Positions 18,831 to 28,962 of a stretch of 64,000 nucleotides of DNA are shown here, one piece after another. The number at the start of each line of letters is the position of its first letter. Position 1 is the stretch's first letter. The DNA is from Dehalococcoidia bacterium (GTDB lineage Bacteria > Chloroflexota > Dehalococcoidia > Lucifugimonadales > UBA3495): contig DAOULB010000006.1 of the NCBI GenBank assembly GCA_034420695.1, positions 2,615 through 66,614 of the forward strand, given 5' to 3'. The position numbers and the translations under genes were made by a program. The notes below the pieces were generated by a model, which saw only the letters and a list, made by a program, of their open reading frames with translations, was not told where the DNA came from and made no database searches.

Positions 18831-19949
18831 CTAGCTTTTCACCAGTTCTTGGGCCCGGCGCGTGGCCCAGCGGTCAACTTCCATCAACTCTTCGGCGTCC
18901 ATGCCTGGAGATGAGTCGTGCTCCGACAGCACCCGGTCCACCAGCTTTGGGATGTCGGTGAACCCTATCTTGTTGTCCAGGAAAGCGTGGACTGCCACCT
19001 CATCGGCGGCGCTCAACACGGCAGGGTAGGTCCCGCCCTGCCGCCCTGCCGACACTGCCAGGCTGAAACAGGGGTACCGTTCTTCTTCCAAGGGCTGAAA
19101 AGTCAAGGAGTGGGGAATTCCGGTGTCCAGCCTGGGTATCATGTCGTTGGGCAGGCGCTGGGGATAGAAGAGGGAGTACTGGATGGGCAGCCTCATGTCG
19201 GGCGGTCCCATCTGGGCCTTCACCGAACCGTCGGCGAACTCCACCATGGAGTGAATGGTGCTCTGAGGGTGCACCACTACCTCTATCTGGTCCCAAGGCA
19301 CTCCGAACAGCCAGTGGGACTCGATCACCTCGAAGGCCTTATTCATCAGCGTGGCCGAATCTATGGTGATCTTGTTCCCCATCTGCCATGTTGGGTGCTT
19401 CAGGGCTTCGGCGGGTGAAACCCGTTCCAGTTCTTCCAAGGGCGTGGACCGGAAAGGGCCGCCGGAAGCGGTTATCATCAGCCGCCGTATTTCGTTGTCC
19501 TCCCCTTGGAGGCATTGCCAGATAGCGCTTGGTTCGCTGTCAACCGGGAGGACGGCGCCGCCGTAACGCCTTTCCTGCTCCTTGATGAGGGAGCCTGCCA
19601 TAACGATGGGCTCTTTGTTGGAAAGGGCCACCCGCTTGCCCAGCTTGAGGGCGTTCAGGGTGGGAACCAAGCCCACGCTGCCGATAGTGGCCACCATCAC
19701 TAAGTCTACCTCATCAAGGCAGACCATCTCCGGCATGGACAGGATGAAGGCTCCCGGAGGCAGGGATTCCAGGGGATTGAGGCTGTATACGTACCGGGGG
19801 CTGAATTCCTGGACCTGCTGCTGGAACAAGCCGGAGTTGTTTCCGGCGGCCAGACCGACCACCTCGAACTCTTCGGGGAAGGCCCTTACAACATCCAGGG
19901 TCTGCGTGCCGATAGAGCCCGTAGAGCCCAGGACGACTATTCTCTTCAT
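18831..19949 (-). CDS. dxr: 1-deoxy-D-xylulose 5-phosphate reductoisomerase
   Basis: MKRIVVLGSTGSIGTQTLDV, LANKE-like SNKEPIVMAG, NKAFEVIE. Confidence 0.95.
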   Translation of the reverse strand: MKRIVVLGSTGSIGTQTLDVVRAFPEEFEVVGLAAGNNSGLFQQQVQEFSPRYVYSLNPLESLPPGAFILSMPEMVCLDEVDLVMVATIGSVGLVPTLNALKLGKRVALSNKEPIVMAGSLIKEQERRYGGAVLPVDSEPSAIWQCLQGEDNEIRRLMITASGGPFRSTPLEELERVSPAEALKHPTWQMGNKITIDSATLMNKAFEVIESHWLFGVPWDQIEVVVHPQSTIHSMVEFADGSVKAQMGPPDMRLPIQYSLFYPQRLPNDMIPRLDTGIPHSLTFQPLEEERYPCFSLAVSAGRQGGTYPAVLSAADEVAVHAFLDNKIGFTDIPKLVDRVLSEHDSSPGMDAEELMEVDRWATRRAQELVKS

Positions 19950-20782
19950 GGCCTCACCACCACAGCGACTAGATAATACAATGTGGGAATTGACACCACA
20001 ATGCTGTCCAACCGGTCTAGGATGCCGCCGTGTCCTGGGATTATACTACCGGCGTCCTTGACCCTGGAAATGCGTTTCAGCTTGGATTCGGCTAAATCCC
20101 CCACTTGGGCGGCAACGCCGACAGCGATTCCGAGCAATGCCTGCACCCATACCGGTGTTCCCAGTTCTAGGATCTGCCCCAAGGCCACGGCCGCGGCTAC
20201 CGCAGCCGCCATCCCCCCGGCGGCGCCCTCCCAAGTCTTCCCAGGACTGATGGCGGGCGCCATGGGGCGCCTGCCGAGGGAGCGGCCGACCAGGAATGCC
20301 CCGGTGTCGGTTGCGAATGTGGCCAGAAGGGCAAACAGCAGGTAATTCCTGCCCAGTTCGCCGGGTTCCCCCCATTCCCGCAGCGCGGCGGCATGGGCCA
20401 AGAGGAACCCGGCGTAGATTCCCCCCGCCAGCACAAATGCCAAGGTCTGAATGCCCTGCCTGCCGGTATGGAAGGCCACAGTCCACAGCATGGCCGCAAA
20501 GCCGCCGGCGGCGAGAATTCCCCCGGAAATTACTAGGAAGTTTTCTAACCCCGATGCTGCCTGCGCACCGAGAACCAAGGCGGCCGCCCACATTGCTCCG
20601 AGAAGCAGCGGAGGCCGTCCCCCGGACGCGGCCACAGAGACGGTGGGAATGAGCCGGTAAAATTCCCGTATCGCCAGCACCGCAACGGCCAGCACCAGCA
20701 GGGTAAGCCAAGGCGCCCCCCACCATACCGCGGCCAGCAGGACGGGAAGCCCCACCGCAGCGGAGGCAGCCCGGGGCAGCAA
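19946..20782 (-). CDS. cdsA: phosphatidate cytidylyltransferase
   Basis: Polytopic membrane protein with the C-terminal SKLKRISRVKDAGSIIPGHGGILDRLDS CdsA signature. Confidence 0.9.
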   Translation of the reverse strand: MLPRAASAAVGLPVLLAAVWWGAPWLTLLVLAVAVLAIREFYRLIPTVSVAASGGRPPLLLGAMWAAALVLGAQAASGLENFLVISGGILAAGGFAAMLWTVAFHTGRQGIQTLAFVLAGGIYAGFLLAHAAALREWGEPGELGRNYLLFALLATFATDTGAFLVGRSLGRRPMAPAISPGKTWEGAAGGMAAAVAAAVALGQILELGTPVWVQALLGIAVGVAAQVGDLAESKLKRISRVKDAGSIIPGHGGILDRLDSIVVSIPTLYYLVAVVVRP

Positions 20783-20785
20783 GGG

Positions 20786-21529
20786 TCAGTTTCCCGACTT
20801 AACTCTGCCGAAGCGCCTTTCGCGGTTCCCGAAGTCCTCCAGGACCCGCTCCAATTCGGCCGAGTCCAAGTCGGGCCAGAGCGTGGGGGTGTGGTAGTAC
20901 TCGCTGTAGGCGGACTGCCACAGGAGGAAATTGCTGATGCGCATCTCCCCGCCTGTGCGGACTATCAGGTCCGGGTCGGGGCAATGGGCGGTGAAAAGGT
21001 AGGAGTTGAACCTTTCTTCCGTCAGATCTTCCGCGGGAATGCCGTCCCGGATCACCCTTTGCACCGCGTCCAATATCTCGTCCCGTCCGCCATAATCGAA
21101 TGCTACGTTCAGGGTGATGCCGGTGTTGCCTGCGGTCTGCTCCTGTACCCTGAGCACCTCTTGTTGTACTTCTGGGCTTAACCGGTGCATCTTGCCAATG
21201 TGGATCACTCGGACCCCGGCTTCGTGGAGGGCTTGCGCCTGCTCCTTCAAGGCTGCGTAGAGCACCTCCAAGATGCCCTGCACCTCGGCCTCGGGGCGGT
21301 TCCAGTTCTCGGTGGAGAAAGCGAAAAGGGTGACGAAGCTCACGCCCTTGGAGGACAGGCATTCCAGGATGCTCTGAATAGAACCGGCGCCTACTTTATG
21401 CCCGGCCAGCCTGGGCAAACCCTGCTTCCGGGCCCAGCGCCCGTTGCCGTCCATGATTATCGCCACATGCGACGGAACTTTGGGGTTGGGAGGGTTTTTT
21501 CTGGGAGTGGGCTCGGCACGGACTTGCAT
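20786..21529 (-). CDS. uppS: isoprenyl (undecaprenyl-type) diphosphate synthase
   Basis: HVAIIMDGNGRWA, TLFAFSTENWNRP, RTGGEMRISNFLLWQSAYSE. Confidence 0.95.
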   Translation of the reverse strand: MQVRAEPTPRKNPPNPKVPSHVAIIMDGNGRWARKQGLPRLAGHKVGAGSIQSILECLSSKGVSFVTLFAFSTENWNRPEAEVQGILEVLYAALKEQAQALHEAGVRVIHIGKMHRLSPEVQQEVLRVQEQTAGNTGITLNVAFDYGGRDEILDAVQRVIRDGIPAEDLTEERFNSYLFTAHCPDPDLIVRTGGEMRISNFLLWQSAYSEYYHTPTLWPDLDSAELERVLEDFGNRERRFGRVKSGN

Positions 21530-21532
21530 CGG

Positions 21533-22851
<1,319 letters not shown>

Positions 22852-22866
22852 CTATTCGGCCGGAGG

Positions 22867-23376
22867 CTACTCTCCCAAGGCCAGACGGGTAAACCGGCGC
22901 ACCCTGACGTTCTCTCCCACCTTGGCTGCCACTTCCCGGATGGTGTCTTCTACCGAAGACCCGCTTCCCTTAATGAAGGGCTGCTTCATCAGGCTAACCT
23001 GGGCGGCCGGTCGAGTGTCCCCTTCCTCCATGTCATCAACGTCGACGCATGCCGGGGCCATGGCCGCCACCTGCATCGCAAGGTCGTGGGCCAAGCTGCG
23101 GAATTCGGGGGTTCGGGCTACAAAGTCGGTCTCGCAGCCCAATTCCACCATGGCTGCCACCCTTCCGCCGGTGTGTACGTAGGCCTCGATCACACCCTCG
23201 GAGGTAGCCCGGTCAGCCCTTTTGGCGACTTGGGCCAACCCCTTTTGGCGCAACAGCTCCGTGGCCTTTTCCAAGTCCCCTGCGCTGTCTTCCAGCGCTT
23301 GTTTGCATTCCATCACTCCGGCCCCGGTCTGCTCGCGCAGAGTCCGGACCAGTTCCACGGTGACCACCAGATGCAT
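22867..23376 (-). CDS. tsf: elongation factor Ts (short ~170-aa form)
   Basis: VELVRTLREQTGAGVMECKQALE, GRVAAMVELGCETDFVART. Confidence 0.9.
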   Translation of the reverse strand: MHLVVTVELVRTLREQTGAGVMECKQALEDSAGDLEKATELLRQKGLAQVAKRADRATSEGVIEAYVHTGGRVAAMVELGCETDFVARTPEFRSLAHDLAMQVAAMAPACVDVDDMEEGDTRPAAQVSLMKQPFIKGSGSSVEDTIREVAAKVGENVRVRRFTRLALGE

Positions 23377-23432
23377 CCTCCTGCCCGCCGAAGTGACGGG
23401 GGAACTAGCTTGTCGAAAGAATTAACGCAGGA

Positions 23433-24467
23433 CTAAGGGGCGGGTTCCCCACTGGTCGCCGGCAAGGCTGGGTCCGCCGGTTCCTCGGCCGCGGGGGCTC
23501 GCGCCTCCATTTCCGCCAGCAGCGCTTCGGAGGCCCCTCCCACGGGGTAAGCCTCATCCCCGGTGCCCACCGAGGCGTCCAAGGCGTCCTCTTCCTGCTG
23601 GGTAAGGGCCAAGGCTTCCTGCTCGGCCAAAGCAAGCTCTTCCCGTTCCGCTTCCAGCCGTGCCTCCCGTAGCGCCAACCCTTCCAGGGCGGCGTTGGCC
23701 AGCTTTCCGGTAATCAGCCGGATGGACCGCACCGCATCGTCGTTCCCCGGTATGGTGTGGGTCACCTTGCCGGGGTCGCAATCGGTGTCAACGATAGCGA
23801 ATATGTCTATTCCCATCCGCCTGGCTTCGGCGATGCAAATATCCTCTCTGCCTATGTCGATAACGAACAGGGCCTTGGGGAGCTGGTTCATCTCCCGGAG
23901 GCCGGTGAAGTACTTTTCCAGGCGGTTGAGGGTGTCCCGGAGCTTGACTGCTTCCTTCTTGGGCAATACCCGGAAGTAACCCTGGTCCCGCTTTTGCTGG
24001 AGTTCCAGCATGTAGTTGATGCGGGTCTTGATGGTCTGGAAATTGGTAAGAGTGCCCCCCAGCCAGCGCTGGTTGACGTACCACATTCCGCAGCGGTCGG
24101 CTTCGCTCTGCACCACCTCTTGGGCTTGGCGTTTGGTCCCCACGAACAGCACTTTTCCGCCGTCGGCAACCACTTGGGTCATCGCCCGGCAGGCCTCGTT
24201 GATCATTCCCAGGGTCTGCTGCAAGTCAATGATGTGAATGCCGTTGCGCTGGGTGAAGATGTACCGCTTCATCTGCGGGTTCCACCGCCGCGTCTGGTGC
24301 CCGAAGTGCACTCCCGCTTCCAAGAGCGACTTCATCGTCACCGGTTCCCGTGAGGGCACCGGAGGGGCTGGCGGAGCTGCCGGAACTACCGGAGCAGCCG
24401 GCTGGGGTGGTTCCGCTACTGCTTGCGGTTGCGCTGGGGCGAGCGAGGGTTCTACCGCTTCTACCAT
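23433..24467 (-). CDS. rpsB: 30S ribosomal protein S2 with Pro/Ala-rich N-terminal and acidic C-terminal extensions
   Basis: The core is MKSLLEAGVHFGHQTRRWNPQMKRYIF.... The start may instead be the internal ATG about 45 codons downstream of 24467. Confidence 0.9.
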   Translation of the reverse strand: MVEAVEPSLAPAQPQAVAEPPQPAAPVVPAAPPAPPVPSREPVTMKSLLEAGVHFGHQTRRWNPQMKRYIFTQRNGIHIIDLQQTLGMINEACRAMTQVVADGGKVLFVGTKRQAQEVVQSEADRCGMWYVNQRWLGGTLTNFQTIKTRINYMLELQQKRDQGYFRVLPKKEAVKLRDTLNRLEKYFTGLREMNQLPKALFVIDIGREDICIAEARRMGIDIFAIVDTDCDPGKVTHTIPGNDDAVRSIRLITGKLANAALEGLALREARLEAEREELALAEQEALALTQQEEDALDASVGTGDEAYPVGGASEALLAEMEARAPAAEEPADPALPATSGEPAP

Positions 24468-24564
24468 TCAGACCTGCCTTTCTGATTTGCTTTTGGGAGT
24501 CTGTTTGAGCCTGCTCACGTCGCAAGGTATGATAGTACGGCGGGAGCTTGCTACCGTAACCGGC

Positions 24565-24593
24565 AGTATAGCACAGCGTCACTTGGCGGGCAA
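24565..24593 (-). promoter_or_regulatory. sigma70-type promoter candidate for rpsB-tsf
   Basis: The minus strand reads TTGCCC-17 nt-TATACT, about 95 nt upstream of the first in-frame ATG. Confidence 0.45.
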
Positions 24594-24719
24594 TTAAGAT
24601 GGTCTTTTCCTTATAATCATTGTTACCTGGCACCTTTGGCATAGAGTGGCGCCCTGTCACGATTCCTGTTGAACTGCGCACCGAGGGAAAGACTCAGGCT
24701 GCGGCCTGTCGGAAACTGC

Positions 24720-24747
24720 GGAAATCCGGGGTAGGAAATCCGGGGTA
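24720..24747 (+). repeat. perfect tandem direct repeat 2 x 14 nt (GGAAATCCGGGGTA)
   Basis: Read directly. A degenerate third copy (GGAAACTGCG) precedes it. The repeat ends 4 nt before the ATG at 24752. Confidence 0.9.
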
Positions 24748-24751
24748 TTGA

Positions 24752-25021
24752 ATGAATGACCTGGAAGGGGAACTATTGGTCCGTCCCGTGGAAGTCAAGG
24801 CCCGGGAAGGATTTCGGATATGGCTCAGGTACTCCGACGAAGCTGCCGGAGAGGTTGATCTTTCGTATCTCGCCGGAAGGGGGGTGTTCCAAGCCTGGGA
24901 TGATTCACTCTTCTTTCACGAGGTGTGCATATCCCAGGAAGGTGGGATCGCCTGGGGTGAGGATATTGAATTGTGCCCTGATGCCCTCTATATGCAGCTC
25001 ACTGGTAAGACCACTAGCTGA
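24752..25021 (+). CDS. DUF2442 domain protein
   Basis: ...VKAREGFRIWLRYSDEAAGEVDL...GVFQAWDD..FFHEV.I...GGIAWGEDIELCPDALY matches the DUF2442 pattern from memory. Confidence 0.65.
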   Translation: MNDLEGELLVRPVEVKAREGFRIWLRYSDEAAGEVDLSYLAGRGVFQAWDDSLFFHEVCISQEGGIAWGEDIELCPDALYMQLTGKTTS

Positions 25022-25036
25022 AGATAGGTCAGCCCT

Positions 25037-25525
25037 CTAGAAGAACACCACCCGCACCACGTTCAGGCCCGCTGCCCCCACTAACCCGGCGGCCACGTCG
25101 TCGGCCATGATTCCCCAGCCCTTGGGCAGCCGTTCCAGCCGGTTCAGTGGAAAGGGCTTGAGTATGTCCAGGGCCCTGAAGCAGAGGAACGCCGCCACCA
25201 TCCAGGGAAGGGCCTTGGGCAGCCAGAGGCAAGTTATCCACATGCCGACGACCTCATCCCATACGGCTTGAGGCGGGTCCAGCAGGGTTGGCTTCACCAG
25301 CGTGCCGGTGGCCCAGACTCCCAGTGGCAGACCCAGTCCCACAAGCAGGTAGAGGGCCAATGAGTCGCCGGAGATGGGGGCTGCGAAATAGCAGGCCAGC
25401 GCCAGAAAGCTGGCCACCGTCGCCGGGGCTATGGGGGCCAGTCCCGACCCCAGGCCGGTGCCAACCAGCCACCCAATCCGGGCCCCAATGTTGGTTGTGA
25501 GAGCGCCGGGCAGGCCGCTAGCCAT
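25037..25525 (-). CDS. pgpA: phosphatidylglycerophosphatase A
   Basis: GLGSGLAP.APATVAS, WDEVVGMW, FRALDILKPFP, GWGIMADDVAAG. Confidence 0.85.
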   Translation of the reverse strand: MASGLPGALTTNIGARIGWLVGTGLGSGLAPIAPATVASFLALACYFAAPISGDSLALYLLVGLGLPLGVWATGTLVKPTLLDPPQAVWDEVVGMWITCLWLPKALPWMVAAFLCFRALDILKPFPLNRLERLPKGWGIMADDVAAGLVGAAGLNVVRVVFF

Positions 25526-25907
25526 ATCCCAAGCGTTCCAAGTCCTGCTCGTCCATCCCCAAGTAATGGCCCAGTTCGTGCCAGAGGGTTATGCGGATTT
25601 CCTTCTCGGCCTGGGCCCGGGTGGAACAACTCCTCAGAATCGGCTGCCGGTAGATGGTTATCCGTTCCGGCGTGCCCGAAGCGCCCAGCCCTCCTTCCCG
25701 CAGGGTAAGAGGCACGCCGGTGTACAAGCCGAACAAGGTGCCAGACTCGTCATCGAGCAGTTGCAAGTCGTCTTCGCTGGGCCATTCTTCGACTACGATG
25801 TCGACGCCTTCGAGGGCTTCTTGCAGTTTGGAGGGCGCCCGGTTATATGCCTGGTTGTAGGCCCGGCGCACCAAGCGTATGAACTCGCTGCGTGAAAGGC
25901 GAATCAA
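25518..25907 (-). CDS. metallopeptidase family protein (Zincin_1/DUF1025-like)
   Basis: C-terminal TLWHELGHYLGMDEQDLERLGY (HExxH). About 130 aa, with an acidic middle. Confidence 0.7.
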   Translation of the reverse strand: MIRLSRSEFIRLVRRAYNQAYNRAPSKLQEALEGVDIVVEEWPSEDDLQLLDDESGTLFGLYTGVPLTLREGGLGASGTPERITIYRQPILRSCSTRAQAEKEIRITLWHELGHYLGMDEQDLERLGYG

Positions 25908-26761
25908 GAAGAAGCGCAGACCTTCTGACGGATGTCCTTGAGGATCTGGACGTTCTCCGCGTCGGGCCCTTTGCCCTCGAACCCCGGCACTTCCAGGAAG
26001 AAGGGCACCTTGTGGAACGCCGGATGGCTCATTATCGTCTCGAAACCGGATGTCCCGATGAACCCCTCGCCTATGTTGTCATGCCGGTCCACCCCGGAAC
26101 CCAAGGGCCTCTTGGAATCGTTGGCGTGGACTGCCACCAAGTTCTCCAGCCCTATCTCTTGGTCGAACTCGGCAATCATGGAGTTGATGCCTGCTTCGGA
26201 AGTGAGGTCATATCCTGCGGCAAAGCTGTGCTGGGTGTCCAGGCAAATTCCCACCCTGGGGCTGTCTACCTCCTTCAGGATACGGCCCAAGTCCTCGAAC
26301 TTGGCCCCTATGTGTTGTCCCATTCCCGCCATGTTTTCCAAGGTCAGCCGTGGGCCTTCGGGAGACTGGTCCAGCACCTGCCGTATGGCGTCCACCGCCT
26401 GTCCGAAAACTGCTTCGTATCCCTTTCCCCCGTGGCTGCCCGGGTGGACAATTACCCCGCCGCCTCCAATATCTGCCGCCAGCCGCATGTAATTCACCAA
26501 GGACTCTATGCCCTTGTTCAAATTCGCCTTGTTCGGCGTGCCCAAGTTGATCAGGTAGATGGCGTGGAGAAAGACCGGTCCCATTCCGGCTTCGGCGGCT
26601 CCTTGCCGGAACAGTTCCAACTCCGGTCCCGGTATGGGCTTGAAGGCCCATCCCTGGGGTGAAGAGCCGAAAATCTGCAAAGCTTCACAGCCGATTTCCA
26701 CTCCCCGGCCGACGGCCTTGCTGATGCCTCCCGCCGTGGACATGTGAGCCCCTATATGCAT
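25904..26761 (-). CDS. nfo: deoxyribonuclease IV (endonuclease IV, AP endonuclease family 2)
   Basis: MHIGAHMSTAGGISKAV.., VHPGSH, CLDTQHSFAAGYD, HANDSK. I place the start at ATG 26761 (SD GAGGCGAGG). The track ORF extends 15 codons further. Confidence 0.85.
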   Translation of the reverse strand: MHIGAHMSTAGGISKAVGRGVEIGCEALQIFGSSPQGWAFKPIPGPELELFRQGAAEAGMGPVFLHAIYLINLGTPNKANLNKGIESLVNYMRLAADIGGGGVIVHPGSHGGKGYEAVFGQAVDAIRQVLDQSPEGPRLTLENMAGMGQHIGAKFEDLGRILKEVDSPRVGICLDTQHSFAAGYDLTSEAGINSMIAEFDQEIGLENLVAVHANDSKRPLGSGVDRHDNIGEGFIGTSGFETIMSHPAFHKVPFFLEVPGFEGKGPDAENVQILKDIRQKVCASS

Positions 26762-26869
26762 AGCCGCCTCGCCTCGTCGGATCCCTTTTTGGTTTGATGG
26801 TCGCAAGACCCATTATAACGGACGTCCGGTGTCCGGGAGCCCGTACGGCTGCGATACAATGCATGGGTT

Positions 26870-27910
26870 ATGCGCGCCCTGTTCTTGGACCGGCCCGGAC
26901 GCCCGCCCGGCCTGTCGGTAAGAGACATAGCCGTCCCGGAGCCAAAGCCCGGCGAAGTTCTGGTGAAGGTGGAGGCCTGCGGCTTCTGCCACCACGACCT
27001 GTCGGTCATGGCGGGAGTGCTGCGCCGGGGGGTGGAACCGGGGCTCATCCTTGGTCACGAAATCTCCGGCACGGTCGCCGCCCTCGGAGATGGTATCGAA
27101 CAGGTCAAATTGGGCGACCATGTGGTCAGCATCCTCACCGCGGCTTGCGGCCGCTGCGACCGCTGCCTGAACGGCTTGGAGCACCGCTGCCGGGTGGGCC
27201 GGGGCATCGGCCACGGGCGGCAGGGCGGTTTTGCCGAATACTGCGCCCTGCCCGAGTTTGGCCTGGTAGTTCTTCCGGAAGACATGGACATGGACATGGA
27301 CTTGGCTGCCCTGTTGGCTTGCCCCATCGGCGTCTCGCTGCAGGCTGTCCAGGAATCAGCCCAGACCAAGCCGGGAGAAACCGTCGTGGTCACGGGAGCC
27401 GGAGGCGGGCTGGGAGTACACGCCATTCAAGTTGCGGCGGCCTTGGGGGCGCGGCCGCTGGGGATAACTTCTTCGCCGGAGAAGCTGGGCAGCCTGGCCT
27501 CCCTGGGGGCGGAAGAAGTCCTGCATACCGCGGAACTGCCCTTCAGCGAAATGGTCTTGGCCTTGACCGAAGACCAAGGAGCCCCTGTGGTCATCGACAC
27601 GGTGGGTTCTCCCCTTTTCCCCGAGACTTGGGCCAGCTTGGCCCAGTACGGCCGTCTGGCGTTGCTGGGGGAGGTGGGAGGCAGGGCGGTAAAGTTGAGT
27701 CTGGCCGAGATTATCTTCCGTGACGCCCGGATAGTGGGCTGCTCCGGAGTGTCCAAGGCGTTGGTCAGCCAGGCGGCGGCAATGGTCTCCATGCAGAAAG
27801 TCCGCCCGGTGGTCAGCGGGAAGTACGCGCTGGAGGAGGCTGGGGATGCCTTCGAGCTATTGGCCGGCCGATCGGTTTTGGGCCGCTTGGTGTTCAAACC
27901 GGGAGGATGA
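26870..27910 (+). CDS. zinc-binding alcohol dehydrogenase family (MDR) oxidoreductase
   Basis: CGFCHHD, GHEISGTV, CGRCDRCLNG (structural Zn), VVVTGAGGGLG Rossmann motif. Confidence 0.85.
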   Translation: MRALFLDRPGRPPGLSVRDIAVPEPKPGEVLVKVEACGFCHHDLSVMAGVLRRGVEPGLILGHEISGTVAALGDGIEQVKLGDHVVSILTAACGRCDRCLNGLEHRCRVGRGIGHGRQGGFAEYCALPEFGLVVLPEDMDMDMDLAALLACPIGVSLQAVQESAQTKPGETVVVTGAGGGLGVHAIQVAAALGARPLGITSSPEKLGSLASLGAEEVLHTAELPFSEMVLALTEDQGAPVVIDTVGSPLFPETWASLAQYGRLALLGEVGGRAVKLSLAEIIFRDARIVGCSGVSKALVSQAAAMVSMQKVRPVVSGKYALEEAGDAFELLAGRSVLGRLVFKPGG

Positions 27911-27967
27911 TTGGCCCCGCAGGACTCTTGACGCCCCGTCCTGGGGCGGTCCCGCCTCGGAGCGCCC

Positions 27968-28960
27968 TTACCGGCCCAGCAGGCTGAGTAGCGCCGACCC
28001 CGCTGCTGCGGGAGCCCGCCGCCCCATCCGGAACAGCCAGCCTATCTCACCACGGTCCCAAATCACCAAGAATTGGCTGGCGATGAAAATCGAGCTGTAG
28101 GTTCCCGAAATCGCCCCTATGGCCACCGCCAGCAGCAACTCACGGATGCTGGGGCCCCCCAAAAGGAGCATGGCAAGCAGGACGAACATGGTCGTGCAAC
28201 TGGTGTTCAAAGAGCGGCCAATGGTTTCCATCACGCTGAGGTTCACCACGGTCTGCAGGGGCCGCTCCGGGTGGCGGACTACGTTCTCCCGGATCCGGTC
28301 GAACACGACTATGGTGTCGTTCACGCTGTAACCGGCCACGATGAGTATGCCGACGATAAACATGGAATTTACTTCCATGTTTATGACCCTGCCCAGGATG
28401 GAAAACACCCCCAGGACTATCACCACGTCGTGGACCAAGGCCAGGATGGCGCTTACCCCATATCGATAGGCCTTGGGCACCCGGCGGAAGGCGTACCAGA
28501 TGTAGGCCAGGATGAACACCGATGCGGCGAGCACTGCAAAGAAGGCGTTCCGCACGGTTTCCGCTGCGACGATTGGCGAAACCGACCCGAAGTCCACCTT
28601 GTCGCGTTCCAGCCCCAGGGTCTCTTCCAAGTCGCTGACGATAATTTCCCGTTCCGATTCACCCCCGGCCACGGCCTCTTCCAACTGCACGGTGCGGATA
28701 AAGGCGGACTGGCCGCCGATCTTTTGGATCAGCGCCTCGGGATGCCCCAACTGCTCCATGCGCTCCAGTATCTGCTCTTCCGTGACCGGACGGTCAAAAG
28801 AGACCTGCATTACTGAGCCGCTGGTGAAGTCGATCCCGGGATTGAGCCCCGAATCGAGGGTTGCCCATCCGGGAGGAGCAATCATGGAAATGAGGCCTGG
28901 GAGGATCAAAAGCGCGGAGAACAGGAAGTACCAGCCCCGCTTGCCCACAACGTCTATCAT
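27968..28960 (-). CDS. secF: protein translocase subunit SecF
   Basis: GIDFTSG, AGYSVNDTIVVFDRIRE, six TM pattern. It lies directly downstream of secD. Confidence 0.9.
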   Translation of the reverse strand: MIDVVGKRGWYFLFSALLILPGLISMIAPPGWATLDSGLNPGIDFTSGSVMQVSFDRPVTEEQILERMEQLGHPEALIQKIGGQSAFIRTVQLEEAVAGGESEREIIVSDLEETLGLERDKVDFGSVSPIVAAETVRNAFFAVLAASVFILAYIWYAFRRVPKAYRYGVSAILALVHDVVIVLGVFSILGRVINMEVNSMFIVGILIVAGYSVNDTIVVFDRIRENVVRHPERPLQTVVNLSVMETIGRSLNTSCTTMFVLLAMLLLGGPSIRELLLAVAIGAISGTYSSIFIASQFLVIWDRGEIGWLFRMGRRAPAAAGSALLSLLGR

Positions 28961-28962
28961 CG

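Noticed and set aside
24720-24747. CRISPR-like array (also considered for 60883-60916 and 32491-32526)
   Set aside because: The repeats are directly adjacent with no spacers, have only 2-3 units and are 12-17 nt long. No cas genes are present. They are simple tandem repeats.
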